From positions 173,476-237,475 of the forward strand of contig JALGVJ010000004.1 of NCBI GenBank assembly GCA_029838195.1: DNA of 64,000 bases, read 5' to 3'. The DNA comes from Promethearchaeota archaeon. Its GTDB lineage: Archaea > Asgardarchaeota > Lokiarchaeia > Sigyniarchaeales > SOKP01. The position numbers and the translations under genes are program-made. The notes beneath the pieces were generated by a model. It did no database searches. It saw only the letters and a list, made by a program, of their open reading frames with translations, and was not told the DNA's origin. Of the stretch, positions 20,469 through 31,047 are shown one piece after another (the first letter of the stretch is position 1; every line of letters begins with the position of its first letter).

Positions 20469-23179
20469 GATTTCTTTAGAATATAACTTTTTATTTCCTT
20501 ATTTTTATAAAATAACACGATTCCAACGGGGACTATCATTGGTAATAAGTAAAAGATTAAAAGATTGACGGGAGAAAGTATTATCTGTACTTCATAATAA
20601 AGTTTCACAAAGGTGTTACCTTGGGAATCCTTTATCTCAACGTTATATTCTTTTGTAGAAAAAGCATAGGGATTTAGAGAAGGCGTGATTTCTTTAACAA
20701 TTCTATTTTCTCCCGGATAAAGTTTTATTAAATTTGTCTCAACTTGCTCTCCATTGATATATAAAGAGAAATTCTCGGGTTCCTTTTGGTTATTTTGAAT
20801 TATGAGAATTAACCATGCGGTTTCTCCTTGCGGTACTTGACTAGGGAAAGAATCCCTAATTAAGCTTAATTTAGGAAGAATGGTAACGCTAAATTGCTTG
20901 GTAAAAAAGATCTCATCTCCCTTAGAAATGCTCATCTCAATCTCGGTAGATTCAACTTCAGTAGTTTCTTTTACCGAGAGTTCATAATAAAAGATTTCAT
21001 TATCATCGGGAGCTAAAACCTCTTCTATAGAAATATCTTTTATTCCTTCTCCCGAAAACGACACATTAAATTCTTGAGGGTTTCGAGCCAAATAATTAAA
21101 CACTTTCATGGAAACATCAATTGTTCCTCCAGGATAGGCGTTTTTTGAGTAGGAGAATTCCGAGTATTTTAATGCAAGAATAATGGTAATATTAACTCGA
21201 AGGGTAAGATACAGTACCCCATCCTTTTTGAAATTGATATTAAAGGTGGAATTTCCCAGATTAGCATTGGGATTAATTTCTATTTCAAAGGGGACGACAT
21301 TGCTAGCTGATTTGTTAATATACATGTTTTTAGATTGATTTCTTACCACGCCTTCCTCTATCGAGGCTATTAATGTTAAATTTTCATTCCGAATGCTTTT
21401 AATTGTAAATTCTATATCAAAAATTTGTCCTTGATACAATTCATTTAGATTATCAATTTCTTCCGTGCTAACATGATAAATGCCCGAACTAACGTTAAAA
21501 TATTTCGTGATGGATGCGGGAGCAAAATAAGTAGTATTGGCAATGATATTAATATAATAATTATTTGCAATAGGAAGCGTTTCATTGATTCTAAAGGTGA
21601 TTTCGTGAGAATCATCTCCTTCTGATAAAAAGGCCGTTTGAGATTGAATTAATGTTCCGTTAGGAAATTTAAATAAATAAGTGATGTTTGCGTTCGTGAT
21701 GTTATAAGTACTTAAAAGATAAGATTCATATACATAGCGAGTGGTCATGTTTAATATATCTTGTTCAAAGATAAATTCGGGGATGTCATCGGAAACGTTA
21801 TATTCAGCATAAATTTTAGAGGAGTTATAAATTTCAAGAGCTTTCATGTACGCTTCGCACAGTTTTAAATTAGAATTAAAATTTTTATTTCCATTTGATA
21901 ACGTTCCAATGGAATAATTATATGCATTGGACGTAGTATCGTAAAATGATGTTTCAAAAGTATTATATAACTCAAGAGCTCGATTATAATACGTGATATT
22001 TCCTGTTAAAGAGAAGAATTTTAAACACGCCATCATCATGAGAGCATTGGACTCCAGATCAATTAAATCACTCACTACCCTCCAATCTTCAGAAGCACTA
22101 TAATTATATGCTCCATGCTGGGGGCTCCATAAACTTTGATTTAATTTATTATATAATAGGGTGGCATTAACATAATAGGGTGAATTAACGGTTCCATTCA
22201 ATTTCCACATTTCTAACATTGCCATAATGCCAAGCGCATTAACGTTTAAATATTTAGCATGATCCGTGGAATTCATATCAAATCCAAGAACTGTATCATT
22301 CCAACGATTATTGATGAGGGTAAACATGGTAAGATTGGCCAAATAAAATGCTCTATTTCTTATTTGCACGTCTATTTCAGCAGATCTATTAATTAATAAC
22401 ATGGCCAATACAGCTTGTAAATTGCAATCCGTTCGATAATCAGTAGAGAAATTATAAAACCGAAACAACCCTTCTTGTTCATTCCAAAACTGAGAGGAAT
22501 TAACTAAATTAAAAGTGGTATTGATGATCCTCAATGGAGTGTTGTTATTAATGGTTAAGTTTTCAAAATTCTCTAAAATAAGAAATACAGGCATTAAATT
22601 ATCAACTAAATATCGATTTGTATCAATTTTTTCTCCTGTAGTTCCATTTAATGACCGAATGTATCCATATTCGAAATTACTTCTATTTCCCTCATGCCAA
22701 AAGGAAGTTGAATTAAAATCTTGAAGAACTTGAAGTAATTCATTATCAGTCAACTCATTCTTTAGCAAACTATTATAAAGTAGTAAATTATCCTCTGAAT
22801 AGGTAATATTAGTTAAAATCGAGCCGGAGGGATCTCCTTCCCTATAATACAAAATCAAGGGTAAGGTAATATTGGTTTGATATTTTGTTAAGAAAAAATC
22901 TTGGATGGATGAAAAATTTCTTGTAAATGGATCTTGAAAATCCGAAATCCCTAACGCTGATTGAGGGGGAATTTGAGTATGATTACTTGTCAAATTTTTG
23001 ATATTGCCCGGAACTTGGTCTTGCTCGTTAATTAATTGAACGTGCGTAGCATCATCATGATTAAAATTTAAAATATTGATAAAAAGAACAAAGATGAGAA
23101 AGATACAGAGAAATAACTTGAGAGTGGTATTTCTTCTGAAGTTTACTTTTTTCAAAAGGACTCGTTCGGCAAAACTCAT
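20465..23179 (-). CDS. Membrane-anchored surface glycoprotein with helical-hairpin (alpha/alpha)6-like domain and beta-sandwich domains
   Basis: N-terminal anchor; repeats LNVNALGIMAML, LESNALMMMACL...TGNITYYNRALEL; dense NxS/T sequons; C-terminal TM; 4-bp overlap with the next gene. Confidence 0.7.
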   Translation of the reverse strand: MSFAERVLLKKVNFRRNTTLKLFLCIFLIFVLFINILNFNHDDATHVQLINEQDQVPGNIKNLTSNHTQIPPQSALGISDFQDPFTRNFSSIQDFFLTKYQTNITLPLILYYREGDPSGSILTNITYSEDNLLLYNSLLKNELTDNELLQVLQDFNSTSFWHEGNRSNFEYGYIRSLNGTTGEKIDTNRYLVDNLMPVFLILENFENLTINNNTPLRIINTTFNLVNSSQFWNEQEGLFRFYNFSTDYRTDCNLQAVLAMLLINRSAEIDVQIRNRAFYLANLTMFTLINNRWNDTVLGFDMNSTDHAKYLNVNALGIMAMLEMWKLNGTVNSPYYVNATLLYNKLNQSLWSPQHGAYNYSASEDWRVVSDLIDLESNALMMMACLKFFSLTGNITYYNRALELYNTFETSFYDTTSNAYNYSIGTLSNGNKNFNSNLKLCEAYMKALEIYNSSKIYAEYNVSDDIPEFIFEQDILNMTTRYVYESYLLSTYNITNANITYLFKFPNGTLIQSQTAFLSEGDDSHEITFRINETLPIANNYYINIIANTTYFAPASITKYFNVSSGIYHVSTEEIDNLNELYQGQIFDIEFTIKSIRNENLTLIASIEEGVVRNQSKNMYINKSASNVVPFEIEINPNANLGNSTFNINFKKDGVLYLTLRVNITIILALKYSEFSYSKNAYPGGTIDVSMKVFNYLARNPQEFNVSFSGEGIKDISIEEVLAPDDNEIFYYELSVKETTEVESTEIEMSISKGDEIFFTKQFSVTILPKLSLIRDSFPSQVPQGETAWLILIIQNNQKEPENFSLYINGEQVETNLIKLYPGENRIVKEITPSLNPYAFSTKEYNVEIKDSQGNTFVKLYYEVQIILSPVNLLIFYLLPMIVPVGIVLFYKNKEIKSYILKKS

Positions 23180-23433
23180 TTATCAATACAATTATTTACC
23201 AAAATTCTTATTAACATTCAAAATTTTTCATATTTTTAAAAGTTTTTTCATGTTTTTCTTTAATTTTCCATAAAGAAGGCTCATTGGGAGGGAAATAAGT
23301 AGGTATTCATGTAAAATAATGAAAAAGAATGAAGAGATTAAAGAATTTAATTTTTCAGAATTTAAAATCTCTTATTGAGAGGATCTTTGAAAGAGAAAAG
23401 GATTTGTGATTGGAACTTAGAAAAAAAGGCTTT

Positions 23434-24942
23434 TTATATCTGAAAATTTTTTACCGTGAATTGCTCATTCAAATATTCCGGAATGTTTTCAATCTCAATT
23501 CGAATTTGCTCCATGGAATCTCGTTCTCGAATCGTCACGGTATTATCATCGAGAGATTCATAATCTATCGTTATGCAATAACAAGTTCCTAACTCATCTT
23601 GTCTCCTATATCGTTTTCCAATTGATCCTGCCTCGTCGTAAAAAGAGATAATGCGATGATTTAATAATAATTCATGGACTTTTTTGGCTAAATTTTTAAT
23701 CTCTATCTTGTTCCTCACTAATGGAAAGACTGCTACTTGATTTGGTGCTAAATAGGGATTTAATTTTAGGTTGATCCTCTCATTATCGACCGTAAAAGAG
23801 GTTTCAAGTAATGTATATAAGATTCTATCAATTCCAAAAGCAATTTCTAAAATTTGAGGAATTTCTTTTTCCTTGCTATTTGGATCCATCATTACACTAA
23901 AAACTTGTTTAGAAAATTCCCCGTGTCGTCTTAAATCATAATCCGTACGGTCATGAATTCCACAAATTTCAACCCATCCAAATTGTCTTGTTTTAATCTC
24001 TAAATCCCAAGCATCATCTGCATAATGTGCCCTTTCATTGGGAGAATGCTGTCTAAATCTCATGAAATCATCAGTAAAGCCTAATATTCTAGTTAAATAA
24101 TAGCCTAAATATAAACAGTAAGCGTAGGCCGGCTTTTTAAGAATTTTTGAATTAATTGCTTCTTCTAAAGTAATTTTGTTTGGAACTTGTACTTTTTCCT
24201 CCTGAAGCTTCCAATCTAACAGAGGCAAGCTGGTAGATTTGATCGTTTCATATTCTTCAAAATTCATCTCTTGCTTTTTGCCGATAAAGAGCTGTAATTC
24301 AAATTGATCGAATGCTCGCATTCTTAATACCATTTGACGAGGAGAGATTTCATTTCGATAGGCTTTGCCGTATTGAAAAACTTTTATTGGGTATTGTCTC
24401 CGATTCACTTGATCTAACCGATTAAATAATAAATAGGTAGTTGTTGCAGTTTCAGGTCGTAAATAGGCAATTGAATTATTTCCAACTGTAGTTTTTAACA
24501 TTAAATTATATTCTTCAATCTTCTCTATGGGAGTATCGCAATTAGGACAAGTAAGCTTGTGTTTTTTGATTAATTTTTCCATTTCATCGAATGAAATGCC
24601 ATCAATCATGGTATCCGGAAGTTTTTCTTGAAGAAATTTATCTGCTCGCAATAATGTTTCACATTTAGAACATTTGAGTACGGGATCAATAAATCGATCA
24701 AGATGTCCGGAGGCTTTCCATACGATTTCGGGCATTACCGTTGGGCATTCGACTTCTCCAAACCCTAATGCCCGCAATTCTTTTCTAAATAATGAGAGGA
24801 CATTGTTTTTTAAAGCCATGCCTGCTGGGCCGTAAGAATAAAATCCTGCCAACCCACCATAAATTTCCGGACTAGGGCCCCAAATAAAGCCCGCTCTTTT
24901 TAGAAGAGAATTAAAAGTGTCAATATTGTCTTCAATTTTCAT
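23434..24942 (-). CDS. glyS: Glycine--tRNA ligase (homodimeric type)
   Basis: IYGGLAGFYSYGP, WKASGH, YLRPETA, YRNEISPRQ, ERAHYA, GSIGKRYRRQDELG anticodon domain. Confidence 0.95.
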   Translation of the reverse strand: MKIEDNIDTFNSLLKRAGFIWGPSPEIYGGLAGFYSYGPAGMALKNNVLSLFRKELRALGFGEVECPTVMPEIVWKASGHLDRFIDPVLKCSKCETLLRADKFLQEKLPDTMIDGISFDEMEKLIKKHKLTCPNCDTPIEKIEEYNLMLKTTVGNNSIAYLRPETATTTYLLFNRLDQVNRRQYPIKVFQYGKAYRNEISPRQMVLRMRAFDQFELQLFIGKKQEMNFEEYETIKSTSLPLLDWKLQEEKVQVPNKITLEEAINSKILKKPAYAYCLYLGYYLTRILGFTDDFMRFRQHSPNERAHYADDAWDLEIKTRQFGWVEICGIHDRTDYDLRRHGEFSKQVFSVMMDPNSKEKEIPQILEIAFGIDRILYTLLETSFTVDNERINLKLNPYLAPNQVAVFPLVRNKIEIKNLAKKVHELLLNHRIISFYDEAGSIGKRYRRQDELGTCYCITIDYESLDDNTVTIRERDSMEQIRIEIENIPEYLNEQFTVKNFQI

Positions 24943-25375
24943 TCTTTATCCAACGCTCGAAAAGATATTTATTCAATTGATTTGAATTAAACATGTTATT
25001 TGTATTTTTTTACTATTAGCGATACATTGGCAAATATTTACACGTGGAGATGTAATTCGAAGGATTATTGAACTCTTTAAATTCTATTCTCAAGGGGATC
25101 TCTTTATCTGTGAGTCCCTATCTTTTTTTTCATTTAAAATTTCTTGGTGGACTTCCTTTAAATTAGTTTTTTTTAAGAATCATGAGAGACCTAATTCTTA
25201 TATGTAAGATTTTTTACTTTGAGAAGATTAAATAGTATAATATTAAAATTTTAATGGGAAAACGAAAATTTTTCTGAGTTTTCCATTATCAGATATATAT
25301 AAATAATATAAAAAGATAAAAATATCATAAAACATAATAAATAAAATTAAATAAATTACAAGCACTTGATTACTC

Positions 25376-26233
25376 ATGATTTATCAACAAGATTATTTTA
25401 CTAAATTCACCTTTTATGATGCCGTGGAGCTCGGACTTTTTAGCTGCATTACGGGATACTATGTTTTGTTCTTTTTTTATTTCTTTTTAATGCGATATCG
25501 CACTAGTAAGCGATTTTACTGGCTTTGTTTTTCATTTTTATTTTTAGCACTCGCTGTGGCACGAATTTTTTTCATTTTATACTACTTTTTCGTACCGGAA
25601 TTGGAAAATCAGATCTCACTCATGGAATTAATAAATCTATTAATGTTTACATATCGCATGGCTACTTTCTTTACGTGGATTAGCATATCTTTCATCATGG
25701 GCGTGCTAGGGGTATTGCTTTTTCCTCCGAACAAGGAATTAATCGAAATTCCTACAGAAGACAATAGTTTAAAAACAAAAATTATCTACTTCTTTCTACG
25801 GGATAAAGTGAAATTAACTTTGAGAGTAATATTGATGGGGGTTCCGTTGGTGATGGCGATCCTAGCTTTGACGTTACCAGATGAGCTTTTCATGGATCCT
25901 GATATTGCTACAACTTACAATCTATCCATTCAATTAAAAACGGTATTTGGCTATCCTTATGGACGTTTTATCTATAACATCATAATGCTCCCGTTGATGG
26001 TCTTCTTAATTCCTATTATCTTTCTCTACTTGGCATTTAAAACATTCGGAATTCTGCGGAGATCTTATACTTTAAATGCATTAGGATTTTTCCTATATTT
26101 CGCTGGGCGAGCAAGTACGGGAATTTTTGATGCTTTAATGTGGTATAATGCAAAAGCGATTATCCCTCCATTGTTTATCATTCTTGCCTTATTGGTTTTC
26201 GTGATTGGAAACGTATCAGAATCGCTTAAATGA
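25376..26233 (+). CDS. Multi-pass (~7 TM) membrane protein
   Basis: Seven hydrophobic segments and no soluble domain. Confidence 0.75.
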   Translation: MIYQQDYFTKFTFYDAVELGLFSCITGYYVLFFFYFFLMRYRTSKRFYWLCFSFLFLALAVARIFFILYYFFVPELENQISLMELINLLMFTYRMATFFTWISISFIMGVLGVLLFPPNKELIEIPTEDNSLKTKIIYFFLRDKVKLTLRVILMGVPLVMAILALTLPDELFMDPDIATTYNLSIQLKTVFGYPYGRFIYNIIMLPLMVFLIPIIFLYLAFKTFGILRRSYTLNALGFFLYFAGRASTGIFDALMWYNAKAIIPPLFIILALLVFVIGNVSESLK

Positions 26234-26438
26234 AATTATATCATTTATTTCGGGAGAGTCACCCCTATTCTACGAAGTAATTGTGTTTTCACATTTTTAT
26301 TCTTCTCTTTTATGAAAACATAAAAAATAATAAATGGAAAAACTTGAATTTTAATATATTAACGAAAAATAATATTTGCGAATACAATCTTTTATTAAAT
26401 TATTTTTAATTAAAAAAATCATTATCAAGGCAATTAAC

Positions 26439-28067
26439 ATGAGCATTCATGGACCTCAATATATTTTACCCTTGTTCATGGACAAACAAAATAAATCTAA
26501 CACTTTTAAAAACAACGAGGAGTTAATTTTAGCATTTTATCTACTTACTAGAGAACTAGACGAAAATTCAAAATTAATCTCTTTCTCTCGCCTCCTATGG
26601 CCTTTTATGACCGTGCAAGGGATAATAGGAAAGCACATTTTTTTAGATAGCCTCTTTGTATTAAATAAAGAAGGTAGGCTTACAAATCCTCCAAGACAAC
26701 CTTTAATCGGTCACGTGTTGAGAAATATTGAAAATAGGACTCAAATTGAGCAATTAGAAAGAATTATTGAAATCCTTACCTATAAAGATACAGAAGCCGA
26801 AGAGATTGGTAAGGGAGAAGAATCTGAATATCGTTCTTTAGTGATTGAAGGATTAGTATATCCGAGTTTTCTTAAAGCTCTTTCGGGCCTCCTTACTCTC
26901 ATTGAATATCAACCAATTGATGATTACATGCCTCTTGAGACGAATTTATCAGTAGAGAAAGCATTGGATATTGCTCAATTATATACTAATACCATCGAAG
27001 AAATGAGAGGAAACGCTCAACGATGGGACATGCAAGTTGAATTAATCCAAAAAAAAATTGATAAGATCCTCACGGATATAAATGTTGAGATAAAAGATGT
27101 AACAACACGTTATGATGCGAAAATAAAGAAAATCTCTGCTACTATTGATGATACCATGGCAGAAGAACAATTTAAAAAAGAAAGGGATAAAATCGACCAG
27201 TGGAAAACTAGCGAGAAAAAAAAACTTATCGAAACTTTTTCTTTAACCTTCAAAAATCTTGAACTTTTCTTAGAAGAGATCATAAAAAATAATAAATTTT
27301 TTTGCAGTCTTGACCTCTTGAAAACTAAACTCGTAGAAGACCTCATCATGGACTACCAAAATCATATAAATTATCTGGAGACAGAAGCAAAAAAATTCAA
27401 GCAAACTCTTGGTTCTATTAAAGAAAAATATCAAGAACTCAAAACTCTAATGGAACAAATTGAAAATGAAGCAAATAAAAAATTAGTGGAATTTAAAAAT
27501 CAGTTAGATTCAAAAATACGAGAAAAGAATAAGCAGGTTACCGAAATAACGAATGAGAAAATAGATTTGATTAATAACTTAAATGCTTTAAAAACACGAA
27601 TAGAAAATTTAGCTTCTAAAATTAAAGAAATCATTGCTAAAAAAAGAGAGACGTGTTTAAAAGAAGCAGAAGAATTAAAAGAATGGGCCTTGCCGGATGA
27701 AGTTTCTGACATTTTTTCACGACCTATTCAATGGATATACATGTCCATTTATGTACTTTTTTATGAAAATCAAGGCGCACAGGAAGAAAAAATGAATATT
27801 ATTTTTCCCGGCTATATAGATAATGAATCTAACACGTTGTACTTGCATTTTAGTGAAGAATTTGAAAATTTTAAGAAATTAATCTTAAATAAAATTGAAA
27901 CAGATATAATTTTAAGATCAAATTTCGAGTTTTCTTGTGAAAACAAAAATTTCCTAAAAGATCCAAATTTTACTAAAAAAATTCAACAAGGACTCTCCAA
28001 TTTGAGATATTTATTGCATGGAGAACAAGAACATCACATTAGAAAAATGTTAAATTCTATCTCGTAA
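26439..28067 (+). CDS. Hypothetical protein with long central coiled coil
   Basis: E/K/Q-rich heptad region flanked by globular ends; ATG at 26439 preferred over TTG at 26376. Confidence 0.75.
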   Translation: MSIHGPQYILPLFMDKQNKSNTFKNNEELILAFYLLTRELDENSKLISFSRLLWPFMTVQGIIGKHIFLDSLFVLNKEGRLTNPPRQPLIGHVLRNIENRTQIEQLERIIEILTYKDTEAEEIGKGEESEYRSLVIEGLVYPSFLKALSGLLTLIEYQPIDDYMPLETNLSVEKALDIAQLYTNTIEEMRGNAQRWDMQVELIQKKIDKILTDINVEIKDVTTRYDAKIKKISATIDDTMAEEQFKKERDKIDQWKTSEKKKLIETFSLTFKNLELFLEEIIKNNKFFCSLDLLKTKLVEDLIMDYQNHINYLETEAKKFKQTLGSIKEKYQELKTLMEQIENEANKKLVEFKNQLDSKIREKNKQVTEITNEKIDLINNLNALKTRIENLASKIKEIIAKKRETCLKEAEELKEWALPDEVSDIFSRPIQWIYMSIYVLFYENQGAQEEKMNIIFPGYIDNESNTLYLHFSEEFENFKKLILNKIETDIILRSNFEFSCENKNFLKDPNFTKKIQQGLSNLRYLLHGEQEHHIRKMLNSIS

Positions 28068-28084
28068 TACCTCCTACCAAGATC

Positions 28085-28765
28085 ATGTCAAATCATAGAG
28101 CCTCAAGATTAATTCTCAAAAAAAATCGCATTCGGGCTTTTTTTGCCTCTCTTGAAAAAAAGGCAGAGAAAAAAATTAAATATGAATCTATCGAGGAACA
28201 AATTCTAAGAGAAGGCATGGTTTACCGCCAAATGCGTCTTCCCGTGGAAAAAATTACTCCTGAATTCGAAGAAAAATTAAGAAAAAAAGTAGAAGAAAAT
28301 TTTCTTCGCGCGAAAGTTAGACGGGTAGAAAGAGAATCAAAACATGATTTAAGAAGTGTGATGGATATTTATAATAAAGCATGGCTCACGGCATCCACTC
28401 CGTTTAGACCTTTAACTCTAGAAGCCTTAAAGAAAATTTATAGCGATCCTGATACGGTGATTTTAATCGCGCGCGTATATAACATGGATGTCGGCTTTGT
28501 GATTCTCGATTTTGAGGGAGAGAATAAAGAGATTGGAGTTATAGCGGGATTGGGCGTTTTACCTCGATTTCAGCGCAAAGGACTCGGAACGGTCATTGGA
28601 ATGGCCGCGTGGAATTTTTTTAAAGAAAAGGGAGTTAAAGAACTCAGATGTGAAGTATATAAAGATAATGTTGTTTCTTATTCATTCATAAAGAAAATTG
28701 GTTTCGAGGAATTCGGAGTTAAAGCGTACAAACCGGAGGATTTTGAAATAGAAGAACGAACATGA
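28085..28765 (+). CDS. GNAT-family N-acetyltransferase (paralog 1)
   Basis: Motif A VLPRFQRKGLG, motif B NVVSYSFIKKIGF. Confidence 0.88.
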   Translation: MSNHRASRLILKKNRIRAFFASLEKKAEKKIKYESIEEQILREGMVYRQMRLPVEKITPEFEEKLRKKVEENFLRAKVRRVERESKHDLRSVMDIYNKAWLTASTPFRPLTLEALKKIYSDPDTVILIARVYNMDVGFVILDFEGENKEIGVIAGLGVLPRFQRKGLGTVIGMAAWNFFKEKGVKELRCEVYKDNVVSYSFIKKIGFEEFGVKAYKPEDFEIEERT

Positions 28766-28825
28766 ATAATTTTTTAAAAAGAATTAATTGAAATATAAGA
28801 GAATTAGATAAATTTAAATAAAATT

Positions 28826-29482
28826 ATGGCAAATTCAAGGCTTAATTTAAAGAGAAGAAGAATCAGGAGCTTTTTTTTATTAGCTGATAAAGCAGAAACA
28901 ACACGAGAAAAACTCCAAAATGAATTAGAAACTAAAGGCCTTACTTATATTCAAATGAAACTTCCCGTGGCAGAAATCACGGCTGAATTGGAAAAAAAAC
29001 TCAAGGAAAAAGTAGAAAAAAATATTCTTAATGCGAAAATTCGAGAAGCAAGAGAAGAAGATTTAGAAAGTATAAGGGACATTCACAATCGGGCTTGGAT
29101 GACGGCTGGAGAGCCATTCCGCCCAGTAACTTTAGATACTATAAAGAAAATCTACGATCATCCGGACACTCAAATTTTAATTGCCAAGGTATATGGAACA
29201 GATGCAGGATTTATCATATTAGATTTCGAGGGAGAAAATAAAGAGATCGGAGTAATCGCAGGGTTAGGCGTTTTACCTCGATTTCAAAGAAAAGGTCTTG
29301 GAACCGTAATCGGAATGGCGGCTTGGAATTATTTTAAGGAAAAAGGAGTGAAGGAGCTAAGGTGCGAGGTTCATGTAGACAATAAAGTTTCTTATAATTT
29401 CATTAAATCAATTGGATTTAGAGAATATGATAGGAAAACTTATACTCGAGATGATTTTTTAATAGAAGAAGATGATGACTGA
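28826..29482 (+). CDS. GNAT-family N-acetyltransferase (paralog 2)
   Basis: VLPRFQRKGLG, NKVSYNFIKSIGF; collinear with the upstream paralog. Confidence 0.88.
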   Translation: MANSRLNLKRRRIRSFFLLADKAETTREKLQNELETKGLTYIQMKLPVAEITAELEKKLKEKVEKNILNAKIREAREEDLESIRDIHNRAWMTAGEPFRPVTLDTIKKIYDHPDTQILIAKVYGTDAGFIILDFEGENKEIGVIAGLGVLPRFQRKGLGTVIGMAAWNYFKEKGVKELRCEVHVDNKVSYNFIKSIGFREYDRKTYTRDDFLIEEDDD

Positions 29483-29522
29483 ATAGATCATCCTTTTCCT
29501 AAGTACCATTCAAACGGAAGAT

Positions 29523-30959
29523 TTAATCATCATTTAGATTCATTAAAGATGTGATTTTCTCTGTTAATAATCTTACATTAAACTCGTCTAACAATTCAGA
29601 ATAATAACTCTTGGCTTTTTCAAAATATGAAATAGCAAGGTCTGCTGAAATATCTAAATAAATGTCCCCTAGTATGTTTAATGTTTCAGCGCATTTTTTT
29701 AAATGATTTTTTTTTTCATAAATTTCCAATGCCTTATTATAATATTCAATAGCTTTTGATGAATCTTGTAAAATCTCGAAAAATAGAGTTCCTATATGGA
29801 AAATTATATTGGCTTGTTGAAGATCTTTCCCATATTTATATGAAATCTCGGCCGCGAGTTCATGATATTCAATAGCTTTGAAGAAATCTTTCTTTTTCTC
29901 ATAAAAATTACCTAACGACTCTAATATCATGCTTTCTTTAATATCTTCCCCAATCTCCAAGATTCTCACGGCTTCTAAGCTTCTAAAGAGAAAATCTTCC
30001 GCAGCGTTAAAATCATTTAATTCAGAATGGATTTTTCCTAAAAGAAAATAACATTCCCATGCTAATTGAGCCTTAATGATTCGGTAAGATTTAGCATCGT
30101 TAATTTTCTCAATTAATTTCTCAGCAGTATTTAACTCTTCTAAAGCAAGGTCATAATAATGCTTTCCCCATTCATAATATAATTTACCCATTTTCGTATG
30201 CGTATGAATGATTCCAAATAAATCCCTTTCACTTTTAAAATAATAAAGATTTCTTTCTAAAATTTGCTTTATTTTATCATGTTCTTTTAATTCAAATAAT
30301 ACATCGATTAAATTACTGGAAGTCTTGATTTCTAAAGAGTGAAAACCATGTTTTCTTGCTAATTCCAACGCTTTAGAGTAATAGTCATGAGATTTTTCAA
30401 TTTCTTCTAGTATGAAATAGATATTTCCTAGATTATTATAGACTTGAATGATTTTTTCAATTTCATTTAATTTTTTTAATATATCCGCAGAATTATTAAA
30501 AAACAAAATAGCTTGATCGAAAAATCCCATTTCCTCGTGAATAATACCTAATTCATTAAATACAATCGCAATTTTTAAAAGATTATTTTCTTGAGTATAA
30601 TTATCGAGGGCTAGATTTAAAACCTTAACAGCCGCATCTAAATCTCTTTTTTTATAATATAAAGCGGATTTTTCAAGAAGCAATTCACTAATTGACTCTC
30701 CTAATTCAATTTTCCGTTCGATAAGTGTGTCTATTTCTTGAATTCTGTTGTCAATTTCAGGATTTTCTATAATTGTAAAATCCATTACATCTTTTTCCCA
30801 ATATTCTCCAATAGAGGGTTGAGCATCATTAAAAGCATCTTGCTTTTGCATTAATGAATGAGATTTTCCTTGAATTCGCGATAATAATGGTTTATTACAA
30901 TTAGGACAATAAAGAGAATCTGACGGTATTAGATTTTTACAATATGGACAAGGTTTCAT
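29523..30959 (-). CDS. Zinc-ribbon + tetratricopeptide repeat protein
   Basis: N-terminal CPYC-x10-CPNC; TPR units such as VYNNLGNIY...YYSKALEL. Confidence 0.85.
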   Translation of the reverse strand: MKPCPYCKNLIPSDSLYCPNCNKPLLSRIQGKSHSLMQKQDAFNDAQPSIGEYWEKDVMDFTIIENPEIDNRIQEIDTLIERKIELGESISELLLEKSALYYKKRDLDAAVKVLNLALDNYTQENNLLKIAIVFNELGIIHEEMGFFDQAILFFNNSADILKKLNEIEKIIQVYNNLGNIYFILEEIEKSHDYYSKALELARKHGFHSLEIKTSSNLIDVLFELKEHDKIKQILERNLYYFKSERDLFGIIHTHTKMGKLYYEWGKHYYDLALEELNTAEKLIEKINDAKSYRIIKAQLAWECYFLLGKIHSELNDFNAAEDFLFRSLEAVRILEIGEDIKESMILESLGNFYEKKKDFFKAIEYHELAAEISYKYGKDLQQANIIFHIGTLFFEILQDSSKAIEYYNKALEIYEKKNHLKKCAETLNILGDIYLDISADLAISYFEKAKSYYSELLDEFNVRLLTEKITSLMNLNDD

Positions 30960-31047
30960 GGCATAATAATGTTTTTATTATTTATTCTCTAAGATTTTTT
31001 TAGTATTAAGCAAATAAAAACTCAAGTTTTTAAATGAAAAGATTTTT

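Noticed and set aside
24943-25375. Possible small gene upstream of glyS
   Set aside because: Only short interrupted frames without a convincing start.
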